Positions 26,228 to 41,200 of a stretch of 64,000 bases of DNA are shown piece after piece; positions within the stretch are counted from its first letter, which is position 1, and each line of letters starts with the position of its first letter. The position numbers were made by a program, and so were the translations under genes. The notes beneath the pieces were generated by a model. It made no database searches, was not told the origin of the DNA, and saw nothing but the letters and a program-made list of their open reading frames with translations. Source of the stretch: Tubiluchus corallicola (taxonomy: Eukaryota > Animalia > Priapulida); contig JAQGDQ010002379.1 of the NCBI GenBank assembly GCA_030141605.1, positions 248,001 to 312,000 on the forward strand, read 5' to 3'.

Positions 26228-28725
26228 ATGGAGTAAGCGGTTACTATGTTTTTATCTCATCTATCCTGTTATAGATTTTTATTTTATAGCAAATAAATTG
26301 CATGACAGTTTGTTACTTTTTACACGTTTTATTGTTGCATGACCGTCAGTTTGTTATGAGCAACATTTTAAGAGTAAACAGACTGATTCGAATACACTTA
26401 CTATGACCTACAATACTGGTTTTGCTTTGGCTTGGAGTAGTACCGTACAATCGTAGCAGCAGTAATACTGCAAGCGTAAAGCCCTGAGCTTGTGTGTGAC
26501 ACTAATAAGTATTTTATTTAATAATTGCACAACTTATTGTAGTTCAGTAGATGACTCTGGGTTAGGAGATCAGCTAAAAATTGTAAAGAATAATTGTCGT
26601 GGAAGCGCATGTGGTGATGCAGAGAATATCCACAAAACTGAAAACATGGTTGCTGTTGAGGAAAAAAATGATAACTGCGGAAAGCATTTCGAAAGCAAGA
26701 ACAGTGAAGAGAAGAAAACCAGTGACATAAAAAGTCAACCAAAAGCAGAGAATATGAATGATGAAGAAGAGCATAAGAAGTCAAAAGTGGAACCAAAAGA
26801 TTGTGAGGATACAAAATCAGACAACTTGAAAGAAGCCACTGAGAATGACGAAGTACTATACGAAACGGCTGATGACAACGAAGTGCATTTGAAAAAATCA
26901 TGGAAGGAGGGATACTTGTATGTAATTTGCAGCTAAATTTCAGATAATGAAAATTTGTATACACCTTATATTTTATATAAACATTCACTTTCTTCATTTA
27001 GAAATTAGGGTTTTAATCAATATGCATATGTGGCTGCACTTTTTTTAAAGTCTACGTAGAACTCTGTCTTACCTTAACTTGAGTTGCCTGTGATATTCAT
27101 TAACGTCCACAAATCAGTGAAGTCACTCCAGTACTTTTTTATTGTGGTATCGAGTAACAGCACTTGTTTATTTTTACACACTACAAGAACTTCTGAACTA
27201 GTCAGTCCAGTTTGTACGGACCTGTCAGCCTCAAGATGCAGCAAATCTGGATATTTCTCAAAGGGTTAAAAAGCCTGTATGTTTCTTAAAAAAGCCCGGA
27301 CTCTTTGTACTCCAGATTTTTTTGACATCCACTTGTTAAAAAAGTGAAGCTACCACATCATAGATTATATTTAAGATCAATAATAACTTGGCCATTCCAA
27401 AATTTTTGAATCATAATATCCTGTTCAAAAAAATTGACTGGGCACTGATTGCAATAAAATGAGACAGTTTTTGGGTTCTTTTCATTGTGAAATGAGCTTA
27501 TTTAAGTTATTACAGGCTGCTCAGATGTGGCGGCATTCTAAACTACTTTGTGAAAGAAAAATTTGGTATTTTTTAGTTTTAATTAGTATAGCTGGTGGCC
27601 AAATTCTGCATAATGTGTACTGCATTTTTCTTTATTTTTTGATAATAGGTATTATATTAATTGTTTCAATGCAGCAGAGAAATTAGCTAAAACTTCATAG
27701 CGTAGTGCTGTGTATTTTGTTTAGCATGGACCAGTTTTCGCAAATTTTAATTTTTGCCTGTCAATTATCATTAAAAACAAAACTTAGTGGAATTTGCAGG
27801 GCTTGAAAAGATCTACAAAATGGTATAAAGTTTGTATGTTTAGCGCATTTTCAAAAAAAGTACAGTCAAAGAGTGGACATTTTTGCATAGTTACTAATGC
27901 CATATTTAATCAAGGTTGGTTTCACTACATTATGTGAAAAATTTGTGACTATTTTATAAACTGCAGCTCTAGACTCCTATGTAGAGCTTTTTGTATACTT
28001 GACGAGAACTTTCGACCAAGTAAACAACTGATACCTTTTCAGAAAAATGCCAAGTTGGAAGTTTGTTGTTCCCAGCTGTATTATTGTTGCTGTCATGGCC
28101 GTCCTCGCACAAATCGAGTTTCCAACACAACTAATCCTGCTGGAAAAAACAGTAGCACTACCTGCAACTATTGATGAGGTATTTAACATGGTTTCCGATC
28201 TTGAAAAGTTGCCTGAGGTTTGTATCAATCTGTTAACTTTGTCAATCTGAAATAAACGTTTATTAATCGTAAAGGAGTTAATCAATTTACAAACATTACA
28301 TTGCTTTATCTTGTATATGCCAAGCTGTTTGTTTTTGTGAACTCTCTTTCTAATGTCATGGTCTAGTTTTTATAAAAGGTTTAAGGTTTACATTAATGCT
28401 CTTGATAATAAAAAGCTCTATGAAACTACTTATACTGGTAGCATAGTTCTAATGGAATATCATAGACTTTAAGGATTATCATAGACTCACTGATTGTTTG
28501 TTTAAAAGCTACTGTAATGCTTGTATCACGCAAGACTCTTGCATTATTTGAGTGTAACATTTACAATAACACCTGCGTCATGTTGAATATTTTATTCTTC
28601 CGGTGGCTGCCACATTTACGACCTTACAGATTTTTTGTGGCAGTCTCCTTGACATGTCGTTACATTGTATACGTAATATTTTACATCGAATATTGTAAAA
28701 ATAAATTGTCTACTATTACTACTAT

Positions 28726-28812
<87 letters not shown>

Positions 28813-30755
28813 CACTACCACTACCACTACCACTACCACTACTACTAATGTGATGTAGAATTACTTATATAACCACTTTCCAAGAAACTGACAGTTTAAT
28901 GTGCTATATTTCTATTTTAGTGGATGCCTGAAGCTGGAATGGTAATAGCGCAAGATAGCCTACCCATAGGCAAAGAAAAAACGTATAGTATCATTACTTC
29001 GGCACCAATCGGACGTACGTTGTGATTGTTTGCATTAAATTTTCATGGGTCACTTGACCACTTTTTAGTTTATTTTCATATATTCACTAATAGTAGTTAC
29101 ATAACTCTTTTCAGCAAGGTGTTAAAATTTAGTATGACATTTTCTCATTGAAATATAGCAAGTCCTCACTTAACATCAGGAATTGATTTAGTAAAGTATA
29201 TAGTATCAACAAAATTGTTGTCAAGTGAAGCCATACTGTCAGGGGAATTAGTATTAATACATGGAAGATTGGATGTGTATAAGTCTTGATAGTTTGTGAG
29301 CTTCATTACTTACATTTACACAGACTATTTCTGGAATACTAATTGCAGTAACTGGCGATTACCCCATTTGAATAAAATTTGGGTTATTTTGTGGCAGTTT
29401 CTTGTAGCGCAGTGTAATAAATTATTGACTTGAATTTCAAGAATAGTTTATAATTTAGGTATTACTGTTGTAGATTCCTTTGTTGTGCACTGTTCACTTA
29501 TGATGTTTTATCTTTTCCTCAGCCTAAAATGCAAACAAGATGACTGTAGCCTATACATATACCCTAAAAGGCAATGCCTTCTTTATGCGACAGTTTCATC
29601 ATGCATCATCATATCATTTGTAAGAGGGGGGGGAAGCATCCGCCGCCCTCCCAGAAGAGAACTCCCAAGTACAGAACATTTGTAGTTCCTAGTCACATGA
29701 AAAACCAAATTAGGTGCACTCTGCAAGCAGCTAGATTTTAACTGTGTTCCCCTGCATGATTTTGCATTTTAGCTGATTGAGTTTGCCAAAAGTATCTTGG
29801 CACTCTAAGTAACAAAGCTGGCAGCCAAGTGTGTTGCGTGAATCAGCAACCAACAGTTCGCATGCTTAAACAGTATTTCTGTTATTAGAACATCAAAACC
29901 TAAGATGATAATTTTAATCCCTAGATGTTTCTTTGTAAGTGTAAATATGTGCTGTGCCTCGAGTTCTTTTCTAAGTAGTGTGAAATGGGAATTACTTGCT
30001 ATTCAAACTGAGGATTTTCCTTTGTTAAAACCAAATTACAACCATCGAATTTTCAAGAACTTGAGTCTGAAATTATTAACTATATGTTTTTTTAATGCAG
30101 CTGGTTTTCGTTCCTATGCAAAAATCAGAAAGTTTAAAGCACTTGAGCATATCGAGTACGTTATAGAGTCACTGATTTTTCCTCGTCGAATCACTTTTGA
30201 TTTCAACACTGAAAAAGATTCAACCCTTAAAAGAAACCTGACCCGATTAACAGTAAAGATGGATGTCGGAAAGATGAGCTATCTTTATCGGGTGAGTGTA
30301 CGCATTGATGGTACATGTTAGTAGTTTTCCTTTCGTCTCCTAGAATTATATTTTTTTATGTTTTAATGCAGTTGCCACTCTACAAGCCAAGATCCTGGAC
30401 TCACCTGCTGTGCTGATGGTTGTGGCTGGACTGAAACATAGCTCATTGTCTAGGATAATCTTCTGATGTGAGACACTAAAGTGGCAAATGTATCTTTTCT
30501 CAGATTCACCTACAATCTTCTTTAAACTGCCAGCATTCTAAAGACTGATGACAATGTGGCAAGTTAAACTTCCCAGAAGCTGTATTCTAGTGATCACCCA
30601 GCCATTTGCTAACCAGGTCTAGCAGTACTTACCTTGCAATCGTTGTATTAATTTTGCAACTTTTTTTATAGTACACTATTCATCCCTGCCTGTCATTTGT
30701 TGCTGGTAATTCAGTGCGTAATGGATTATTCCGATTACTGTGGACATTTCAATGA
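26228..30755 (+). CDS. Uncharacterised predicted membrane-anchored SRPBCC (START/polyketide cyclase-like) domain protein; 6 exons, 307 aa
   Basis: Exons 26228-26232, 26543-26917, 28043-28217, 28921-29014, 30101-30291, 30672-30755; all GT-AG and in phase (924 nt). E/K/D-rich N-terminus, hydrophobic FVVPSCIIVAVMAVLAQI, then LLEKTVALPATIDEVFNMVSDLEKLPEWMP, which matches the SRPBCC N-terminal signature pattern. The 5-nt first coding exon is the least certain part. Confidence 0.78.
28711..28847. repeat. (CTA)n / (CTACCA)n microsatellite
   Basis: Directly visible; it explains the poly-Thr ORF 28517-28858. Confidence 0.97.
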
Positions 30756-31070
30756 CAACTGGAGGACGGGGAAGGTGGAGACTATGTGCAAGAAGACATC
30801 TTTCTTGCTCAAAAGCAATAGACGTGCTGCATTGAATCATTGTTATAATACAAAATCCAGTATCATGGTTTTCAAGTGACTTCTCACAATATTTCAAAAC
30901 AAGAATTGTTTGCTTTATCCAAATTTTTATCAGATTGGAAATATAGGCAGCTTAAATGGGCAGAGCTTTAAGAAATCTGATAAAGTGCAGTACAACACGA
31001 AAATATGAACTGCTTATAACCGCTCAACTGCAAAATAACGCAGTTCTTTGAGATTACATCTCCACTGATG

Positions 31071-31443
31071 CAGAACTGGGATGATTCACTTAACCGGTTA
31101 ATTTTTTATCGGTTAACCGATTAATCGGATCTAGGCAAAATCGGAGACCTTCTATAATTTGCTGACTGGATCAGTGGATAATCAAATAAACAAGAAATTT
31201 ACAATGCAAACATATATCAGGAATATGTTCAAATAAGAGTGAAACTTTTATACATAGGAAGTGAAAAGTGTGTTTGTAAGGATGCCAAGCATTGTTTAAC
31301 TAAGTGCAACACTTTCCTACATAGAAATGAAAAGTCTCTACAGTAAGGATGTGGTTAAGGTTCAAATTATTTATCATTTATATATAAAGATCGGTCAACC
31401 GGTTAAAAAAATTTACCGATTAATTTCCATTAACCCAGCACTG
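31071..31443. mobile_element. hAT-type MITE
   Basis: Ends cagaactggg / cccagcactg; exact 8-bp TSD cactgatg at 31063-31070 and 31444-31451; subterminal taaccg(g/a)ttaa repeats. Confidence 0.85.
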
Positions 31444-33552
31444 CACTGATGTCTGAAGTCCAACAAAATCAAATGGGGATGTACTTTAGTTAAACAATGT
31501 CGTTTTGTGAAAGTACGTTGTCAGTGGGAATTGTCCATGTGATAAGGCTAATACTAGTCAGTTCGAAGCCTTGATTCAGTCTCAATGACTCTTGATCATT
31601 TATATATCATGCACTCAATTATAGCTTACATAATTCAGGTTATACTAGCACTTTTTACCATATGTCAATATGCTAACTTTGCACTACTGACAAAAACTAG
31701 TTTAAAGCTAAAAATTTAAATCTTAGCATTCATTGGAATATGCTTATCTCTTATCAGTACCCTGAGACATTCATAGTGTCTATACTGTAGTTTGTTAAAT
31801 CATTCATAATCTAGAAAGCTATTACAGTAAGAACATTAATTCTGTTTTGATAGGAAAATAAAATTCTGCAAAAGACTGTGATGAATCTAGTTCATTTAAA
31901 TGAATCTCAAACGTATATAATGCCTATATGAACTATGCGTTTTTATTTATGTTTTAGAATAGTGTATGTATTGTAACTTGAATGTAGTATGTAGCTTAGA
32001 AGTATGTGTCACTTCACATTATTTACAATTCCGTCCATTGCAATATGCCTGTTCAGCACACTATTTTTAAATAGGAAGCAATGCTGATGATATTATCCAG
32101 TAAGTTGAATATGTTACTTGTTATTAGATAGTTGCATAAACTGTGGAAAGCTAAAAAATCACTTCAAATAAAATGAAGTCCCAAGTGCATTTGAATAAAT
32201 TATGTGCATTATAAATTATTATTATTACTAACATAAATAAAATTGCATTCCTAATGCAGGTTGTGTGGAATACATTGTGCCTTATTTATATTGTGATTTA
32301 CTTTCTGCTATAGTTTGCTCATGGTGTTACACTTTTTTCTATTTCTGTACTAATATTTTGCACTTTATTGAGCAGTTGCAACAAAGCCCGACTTTATGTA
32401 TTAAGGTTGTTATCATAATATGCAGTTTAATAATGCACGTTACCTTATTATCAGTTTAATAATGCACGTTTATGACAATAATTGTAACACATTAACTTTT
32501 ATATGCAATAGAAGTATGGGGCAGACATAAAAATACCAAAATTGAAGTGAAATCAGATGTTCCAAACTTACTGTTAGGCCCTACATGACATATAGTTTGT
32601 ATTATTGTTGAAAATGCAGTGCTTGTAAGAGTGAGTTTCCAAATGTTTCACAGTCATTCTCACTAGTAATTACAACCTTTTATTGGGTATAGTCTATTGT
32701 TTTTGTGCAATGAGGTGGCTGTTACATAATATTATTTTCTTTACATGCATTTGTTCAAATAGTTACTTTTACACTGTTTTTGAATTTGTCGGGGAAGCTG
32801 TGTAGCAAATGAGCATTGAGGGACCAACACTATTTGTGAGACAGTCTGCCTTACCTATTTTTGGATCATTCCACTTTATGCTAGATAATGGTTTGTTCAT
32901 TCACCAATTTAACTTTTGTGTGAATAAATTTTTGCAATTTGCGCACAAATTTTGATTTTGATTTGACTTAATTCATTCCAGGTAACTTTTTCCAAATCGT
33001 AGTGTTTCAGAAACCACTAGTTTTGTTGGGTAAAGCGGGCCTATTTCTTATTCTATTTGATAACCCTAACCTTTAACTTCATCAAATTAAAGTTTGGTGT
33101 TTGATTATAAATATTAGGTTCTGTTATCGAGTCTCCAATACAAACAATACCCCTGTCAGGTATTAATGTGTGATTAATTTAAAATCTGTAGCTCTACTCC
33201 ATGCAATTAAATAAAACTAAAATTTAAATGGTCTTTAACTCTATATACACTAAGATCAGTAGTTTAACGATTAATATAAAGTGTGATAGTCTCAGTACAT
33301 AGCAAATTTTTTCACTGGAATTTTATTTTTTCACAATCCAAAGCAAAAATTTGCAGTAACCGATTTAATAAAATGAGTAAATTCAATACTCGTGTAAAAA
33401 TAAATTTTTGCATAATTTCAACAGGTGTTAATCTATCTACATCACAATTAAATATCAAATTTGCTATAAAAATAAATTTCAGGAATCTACAGCATGTATG
33501 ATAGGTCATCATCCCACTTTAAAACATCACACCCCACTCAAGTATCCATTCC

Positions 33553-34055
33553 AAATCTAAAACCAATTCGTATTTGACTAAAACACCATTAGTTTGAAAA
33601 CTGATCTAATTGTTGATATGAGCAAACCTTTGGTTCCCAACTGGAATGCAAAATGTGCCATAATTGAACATACGGTAATGTCCAACCCCCTTTTGCTGCT
33701 TATTTAAGAACGATTTGTCTTATTAATAGTGAAGTTACTACACAAAATCAAGTAAAAAATAGCAATAAAAGAAAAGATGCTTAAAAAACAGGCAATGATA
33801 TGTTAAACGTCTAGTAATCAGTTTCTTATAACACTAAATCTAAAACCATTTGGTATTTAACTAAAACATTAGTATGAATGCTAATTGTTGATATGAGCAA
33901 AGCTTTCGTTTCCAACTGGCATGCAAGATGTGTTGTACAATAACTGAACACGGTAATCTCGATTCCTTTTAACAAAAATGAAGTTCAATACAATCAAGTA
34001 AAAAGTAGCAAACAAAACAAAAAGCATTAAAAAACAGGGAATGGTGTGTCAAACA
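33553..34055. repeat. Diverged ~280-bp tandem duplication downstream of the PBLD stop
   Basis: aaatctaaaacca.tt.gtattt.actaaaaca..taattgttgatatgagcaaa..tcaagtaaaaa.tagcaa..ttaaaaaacagg.aatg occurs from 33553 and again from 33836. Confidence 0.85.
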
Positions 34056-34202
34056 CAGTAAATAGTAAATTATCGAGCTAGCATTCTTAAAGCAAAAGAC
34101 GTAAATCGGTTTGTTTATAGTGAACAGAACCTTGCACATGTCTGTCTTTGAGTACCATACATCAACTTTCTTTCTGAAGAACAGAAGTAAATCGTCTCAA
34201 GT

Positions 34203-35214
34203 CTAGATACCAGGCACATTCATCCTGCCTTCCACGACTATAACTGCTTGTCCTGACACAGCCACCCTCCCATCTCCTTTCACATCTATTGCCAAGTCTC
34301 CGCCACGTTTTGAACACTGGCGAGCTGAAAAAAAAACAAGCTGGTGTTAAATACTACGATTCTTTATTCGTCTGATAACCTGACAATTCTAGTTTCCCAA
34401 CTTTGCTTGAATGACTGTTGTTGCTGGTCATTGCTATTTACTTAGCTAATTACGGTTGCTAATTTTCCAATTTTTGCAAAGTTAGTAGAATGTTTTTGAC
34501 TGACAATAATGCAAAAATGATAAGTCTGTTGCACTAAAATCGCATAAAACGAAAAAATTATTTGAGTAATTTGTATATGACTTGAGATGTTAACTGAATG
34601 CTATTGAACTCTAAAAGGACATCAACAATCACAAATATAAGTGTGCCCATGCAAGTCTTGTTTGCTAAATGGTATACACACAACATGCCATCTGCATTAA
34701 ATACACAAAGTGCTATTAAATCCAAATAAGAAGTTGTTAGTTTGACTGCTGGTAGGTTTTTCTTTTAGGCGGTGAATGTCAGATACAAGTTTACAACAAA
34801 GCACAAAAACCTGTGAAAATATCTGATAATTTAAAAAACTGATTTTAAAATTAGTTATAAAATGATAACATTGTCGCACGAAAGTAGAAGTAAGTCTACT
34901 TAGAAATATGAGTTTTTTTTACTAAATTATGGATGTTTCGATATCCCACAATAAGGGAATTAATTAGAAAACTAAGCTAGTTAACAGTCTAATTTAATAA
35001 TCTAATAGATACACTACTATGTTCACGTGCTAACCATTAATGAAAGATTTTATTCCTATAACTAAGTACAGTTCTATGTATACTATAGTAACTAAGTATA
35101 GTAACTGGATGATGCTCGAAAATAAGAAATTCTGTGATGACGAAATTTACCTGCATAATAGGAGAAATGAGTTCTAATATTTTAAAGTATGGGGTTAGTG
35201 CTATACTCATATAT

Positions 35215-35246
<32 letters not shown>

Positions 35247-38200
35247 CACAGATATGACTAAAAGCCAGTCTAAATAAATACTATAGTTATGTTAACACAC
35301 AATATTTACACAATAACATTTTCACTGGTATCTCCCAATCAAAAAATAAGCTTAGCTTCATAAAGTGGCACTGAATACATGGAATCCTCAACACTGAATC
35401 AGACAGCCGTTTCATAAGAAAACGTTTTCTATTTTCATATGTAACTGCATCATGCTATCATTCCGATATTATGTGCTTTGTACAGTCATGACAACATAAG
35501 TATTCACAATACTTTAAGTACCACGCAAATGTTGCTTATCAAGGCATTTCGACCAATAAGGTGCCAACACAGTGTGTGCAGAACCAGTCACTGGATCCTC
35601 CGGAATCCCGTTCCAAGGTGTAAAGAAGCGTGAAAAGAAGTCATAACCATCATCGCTGTCATCTCCTTGAAGTGAAATAATTACGCCACGTATCACGCCA
35701 GTCGAGTCTGATGCCACCATCTTATCAATCTGAGGATTTAGCGACTCCAGATCATTTCTAAATAAATAAACATATTTTTCAGACAGGAATACAAAAAAAC
35801 TCACGCAAAATTTTATTTATACCCTGCTTGCAATCAGCAAGCGACGATGTACAGCCACTGGTATCAGTTAATTTTAAAACAACAATAGCGACAACCGACT
35901 AACACAGAAATCTTTGACAAGGATGATAAATCTTTTATTCAACAAATTGTAATACAATAATACACAAAGAGTGCCTCTTTTTGCAGGCAGACGTTTAATA
36001 AAGTTTACAGCATAATACAGTGAAATCTTATTTGTTAGCACATTAAAAATAAATAACAATCCATATTAAACTAACTTCATTATGGGTCCAACATATTTTA
36101 TATTACATCGCTTCCCATAGCCTCATAGAAGCATTATTTCCCAACTGAAAACAAAGTGGGCTATTCCTTTACCTTACTACACGACAAATCTTCATCTTGA
36201 GAATAACACAATTTAACAGTTTAATCATTTTGTTATTCGAGCAACACAATAAATTGCTATTATAGAGATCTGCAGTTTCTCGAAATAAAAGCATCTTTAA
36301 TTAAACAAATGAAAGCATCAAAAATTATTGTCTCTTTTACATACAACACAATTGAACACAGTTCTTTATCTCCAATAAAGTACCACTACAAATGTGTAGT
36401 AAATGGCAAATTTAACATCAAAATCTGTCGTTTGAAACTAAGGACAAGCACAATCGCTCGCCCACTAATGATAACTCTCTTAACAATAAAGATTCTCTAT
36501 TATTATACTGTTCAGAACGTTCAGAGCAAAGTTGCCCCACATTTTACAAATAGTGCACCTCTACTATATTTAGAAACACAAAAGTTTTACTTACATGTAT
36601 CGAGTGATTAGCCCCAAAGACTACTTGCAAGTAATTTGAAATAGAAGGGCTACATAATAAGCCAAAAAATATTAATGTCTAACAGCAGTATAAATGAACG
36701 ACTAATTTTCAAGCTTTTTTTACATCTAGTCCTTTAATTCAAGCCACCTAGCCCATCATGTCAAAAATTTTACATCATTACATCGAAATTTTTACCGCTA
36801 CACTGAAAATAATGAATCATGTGTAGATTTTTTTATTATTTGATTGGAATGGCCCCAACACCTGGGTACAGAAAAACCTACTTTTTTGTGACTAATTAAC
36901 AGGATTAGCTTCTAATGATGTAATCCCTAGAAAAGAGCTGAAAAACTCCTGGAACACCCCAAATTAACTAGTCAACTAACAGGAGCATCTAGATGCCGTA
37001 ACAGCTTAGAAATGACTACCCATCGTGCAAATGTGTTATAAGCATAGAATTCCTGACATCACAGAATATGGCAGTGACTCATATTTCTGCAACTAAAGGT
37101 AACAAATCCAATGTGCTATACTCCCAAGTCTTACAGTATACTATATGTGATCCTTTCAACATTGAACCGTACCAATGGTAAATATAATGATCTTACGAGA
37201 ACAAAAGAGTACATACAGTACCTTGTCAAGTTACTATCGAGAACTATCAGTAGTTTCTTGGTCGTTGGTGAATACTGCACATCTTTTACAGGCAGATTGC
37301 CTACACAAACCTGCAAGATTAAAATTAACTTTCACTTGGCATCAGTAAATTCAAATAAAAACACAAAGTGAAATTGTCGAAATTCTACTATTGAATTCAT
37401 TTTATTGTTTAAAGTGGTAGCAGTTATTTTTTAAATTACCTTTACTGTGTGTGAGATGGGAAATTATAATGACAATTACTCCTTCTTTTTTCTTACAATA
37501 AGATCTTAGCCTGTGACATTAAATAAATATATGCAGTTAATTACAGCGATACTATGTACAGTGAATAGTGATTGTATTTTCTTCATTTACAGTCATACTA
37601 AACCTCGCTATAACATAAGGTTTTACAGCTTAAAATCCTACCCCATTTACGAATATTCAATTTACTTTATTATAAACTTACTGTAAAACTTGTTTCTTTT
37701 GATTTTTTATTAAATGGCTGTTAGCGGTATTAAATTCGAAGAACCGCCATTTTTGTTGCGTGAGACGAATGGCGTTATGAGTAAAGTCACAAAGTCACCA
37801 AAGATTGGCAAACAAACATCGGTAACCGAAGACGCTTTCTGTACCTCGTATGTCATTTTAGCTCACTGGTGCCAAACAAGCGAAACACTGCAATTTTTAC
37901 GGTAATGCACGCGTTCGAAATTTGCAAGAAAAAGGTAACTTATTTAATTTATCTCTTTTTTGTTTAATAACAACTATGAATACTTTATGTAATCATAATA
38001 ATGTGTTAAGGAAACTTCAGTGTCTGTTGGGGTTATACAGGCCTTTAAAAAATTGAAATGTTTGATACTTAGGCCCTTATACAAGTCAACTAAAGTTTCA
38101 AAGTTGTGGAACTACGAACAACGAATGTAGCATTAGCACAAATTATGCAAATTTAAGTTAAAAATCTTGAAAAATCAACATGCTGTGTTTGTTTTCCAAT

Positions 38201-41200
38201 TCAGTAAACTAATCGCAAACAATCGGTACATCTTTGTACTGCATGCATATTAAATGAGCACATTCAATACTCAAAATAAATAACTTTGATTAATACTGTT
38301 TTTACCTTCAGCAAATCAACAATGGATGACTTATCAAATGGCTGTGGTGGATTGGATGGAAGATCCATTAACAAATATCCATTCTCTTTCTTCTGCACAG
38401 TTAAAGGTCCACTCTTTGTTTCAAAAGTAAGTGAAGGGGATGTATTACCTATTTATAAAAAAATATTTAAAAACTGAACAATGTGATGTGCACCAGCTAT
38501 ATTCTTGAGGTGTTACTTTTGAGATTTCAGTATAAATGGATATAAACATATTGTGTAATTATGAAGATGACGATGATGATGGTGATGATGATGAGATGAT
38601 AACGATGATGGTGCCAACAGTTAAAAGGGCAATCACTTAGACACTGATGTTACCTGTTTCTATCAAATAAGGTGGTACAACACAGCACATGTATCACAAT
38701 CTACTGAAATATTGATGAACTTACAGAAGCTGACATATATTTAGCATTACCAATTGAGAAATATAATACAGCAGCAGTAGCCAGAGTTGCATGGCCACAG
38801 AGAGGAACTTCATTAGTAGGAGTAAACCAGCGCAATCCAAAATGGCTGCCATGCTGAAAATCATTGCTTCCAGGTTGACTTAACAATTTTACAAATGCAG
38901 TTTCCGATATGTTCATTTCGCTTGCAATACTTTGCATCACCTCTTCTGATAAGTCATCGTGAGCCTAGAAACGACATATACACAAATAAAAACAAACAAA
39001 TAGCAAGGAATCTATTTATGATCTACTATCCGATAATTTTTTTATTGCCTTTGTTTCTTTTTTTATTGGGTAGCCAGACTATAACAATTTCAGTAGTAAT
39101 TATAGGGTCAGGTAAAATTTCTTGTTATTGTAAGAGTGCTTTGTCACTGCAATAATTACGTCCACTGTGTAAGACTGTAAGGTGTCCAAAGTTGATTTGA
39201 GGATTGGCTGTTTGGAAGGTCAGCACTCCGCTCAGTCCTTTTCACTATTAATAATTATTTCATGATTACTGATTAATGATACTGAATAAGAGGGTCGCAC
39301 TCTAGTTAAAATTTTCAGATAATGCAAAGTTGTACAATCCAATTAACTCTGCAGCGGATTCCCTAATTTTACAGAATGACATTCAGTAATGGAGTAGGTT
39401 AAGTAATGACTGACAATGTTATTTAATGTTGATAAACGTGAGGAAATGCATTGGGGTTTACAGAATCTTAAAAGAAATTACATCATGAATGGAAGCAGAA
39501 TAACTCTTCATAGTACAGATAGTAAAAGCAATATTGGTGCGATAATAACATTAAACTTGAAATTTTCCCAGCAATGTATTGTCGCTGTCAAAAAAGCAAA
39601 TAAGAATTTGGGGACGTTTCTAGAAAGAAAGAAATTCTTTTGAAATCACACATTGCTTTGGTTAGGCTTCATTAAAATTAGAATGTTAATTTTTTTCCCT
39701 TTTGGTAAAAAATAATAGTATAATATAACTGTAATGATTAAAATAAAATGTTAATATAACATTATAATTAATTATTGGTTGCTATGTATGGGTAAAGGGG
39801 TGACAAATGAACATAAGTTTATTAGACCACGGAAATGGAATAAATTTGATTGTTCCATTCTATAAACAAACCTTATATATAACCCCCGATAATATCTTTT
39901 AATCATAATTACATATCAATATAATATTGATATTCTTAAATAGTGATATTTGTGCTATTTTTCTGGTTTTAATCATGATTAAAAGATATTAGAATAATAA
40001 AAGATTATAAAATACTGACCAAGAAAGAAAACATTTTGCATAAATGTAGATGACAATAAAACTTTTTAAAAAGCGGTAACATTTTGACATTTGTAAATTT
40101 TCATTTCTGTGATAGCAAAATAAATGGAATGGTAATTTGTCTACCATGGTGACTGCCACACCAAGCCTAGTAAAGTTTAAATTTTTAAATGAAGATTATT
40201 TTGTGGAAAAATACGGGGTTTCTAGAAGTGTGCCTGCTTAACTCCTAATCATTACAGCACAACATGCTGCAAAAGGGATGATAACATTAATAATAAAATT
40301 AACAGCACGATGAATGACAAACTTCCTTACTTGCGAAGTCTAAGACCTAGCCATAACACAGTTATTGACGGTCGCTCCTCAACAATTTCCGAAATTGAGG
40401 TGTCAACTGTTTCATTATTAAAGTAAATACCCAGACATTTTTTATCAATATGAAAATCAACAACTTAAGCAGAAAACGAAATATTGTAATCAAATTCCAG
40501 CATTTTTATCCATGGCAGTCAGGTGAATTAATTAATGAAACGTGTTAAATCTCATTTTAAACGTGTTGAACACTTGCGGTACAGTTTCTACACTCTCCAT
40601 GCTTCACCTGCGTGTGGTGAATAACGTTGTGGCAGGATGAGGGCGGTCATCCGAAAAGTATTATTGTATGCCGGTACAGGTCTGCATTTACTGGCTGGCG
40701 AACTGCCGCGTGTTAAACTGTTGAAAGTACAGCAGTTTATTTTCATGTTGTGTAACTTTTTCGTATGTTATACGTGTGCAAATACCCAGAATTTGTGTAG
40801 CAGAGGATGTAGTAAAGCAACAAGCGATGATGACAGTCTTTTTAAGTCTACTGCCATGACGTCATCAGTGCATAGCCGCCCGAGCGCTGAATTGCGTGTA
40901 TAAAGCAATTGGCATAAGTAAAATCGAGCAATTATTTATCTAATTACTTAATTATTTTCGAAAAGCGATAAGAATATCATTTCAACACATCATCCTTAAA
41001 CTTTTGCTAAAAATTGCTGATGAGGCTGGGCTTTTACTTTAAGTGAATTCCAAGGGCCCACAACACGAGAAGCGAAGAAATGGGCTCTCATGTTAGTGCG
41101 AGAGCATTGTACAAATAATTTAGAATTGTCCATGTGAATCATGCAGTGGTCTAGAAAAAAATTTGTTGCTACACAAATTGGAACTATCACTAATGACTTT

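Noticed and set aside
26518-26997. 159-aa minus-strand ORF
   Set aside because: It is the antisense shadow of the purine-rich coding exon 26543-26917.
28517-28858. Poly-Thr mucin-like ORF
   Set aside because: It is a (CTA)n microsatellite in an intron; the flanking exons splice in phase without it.
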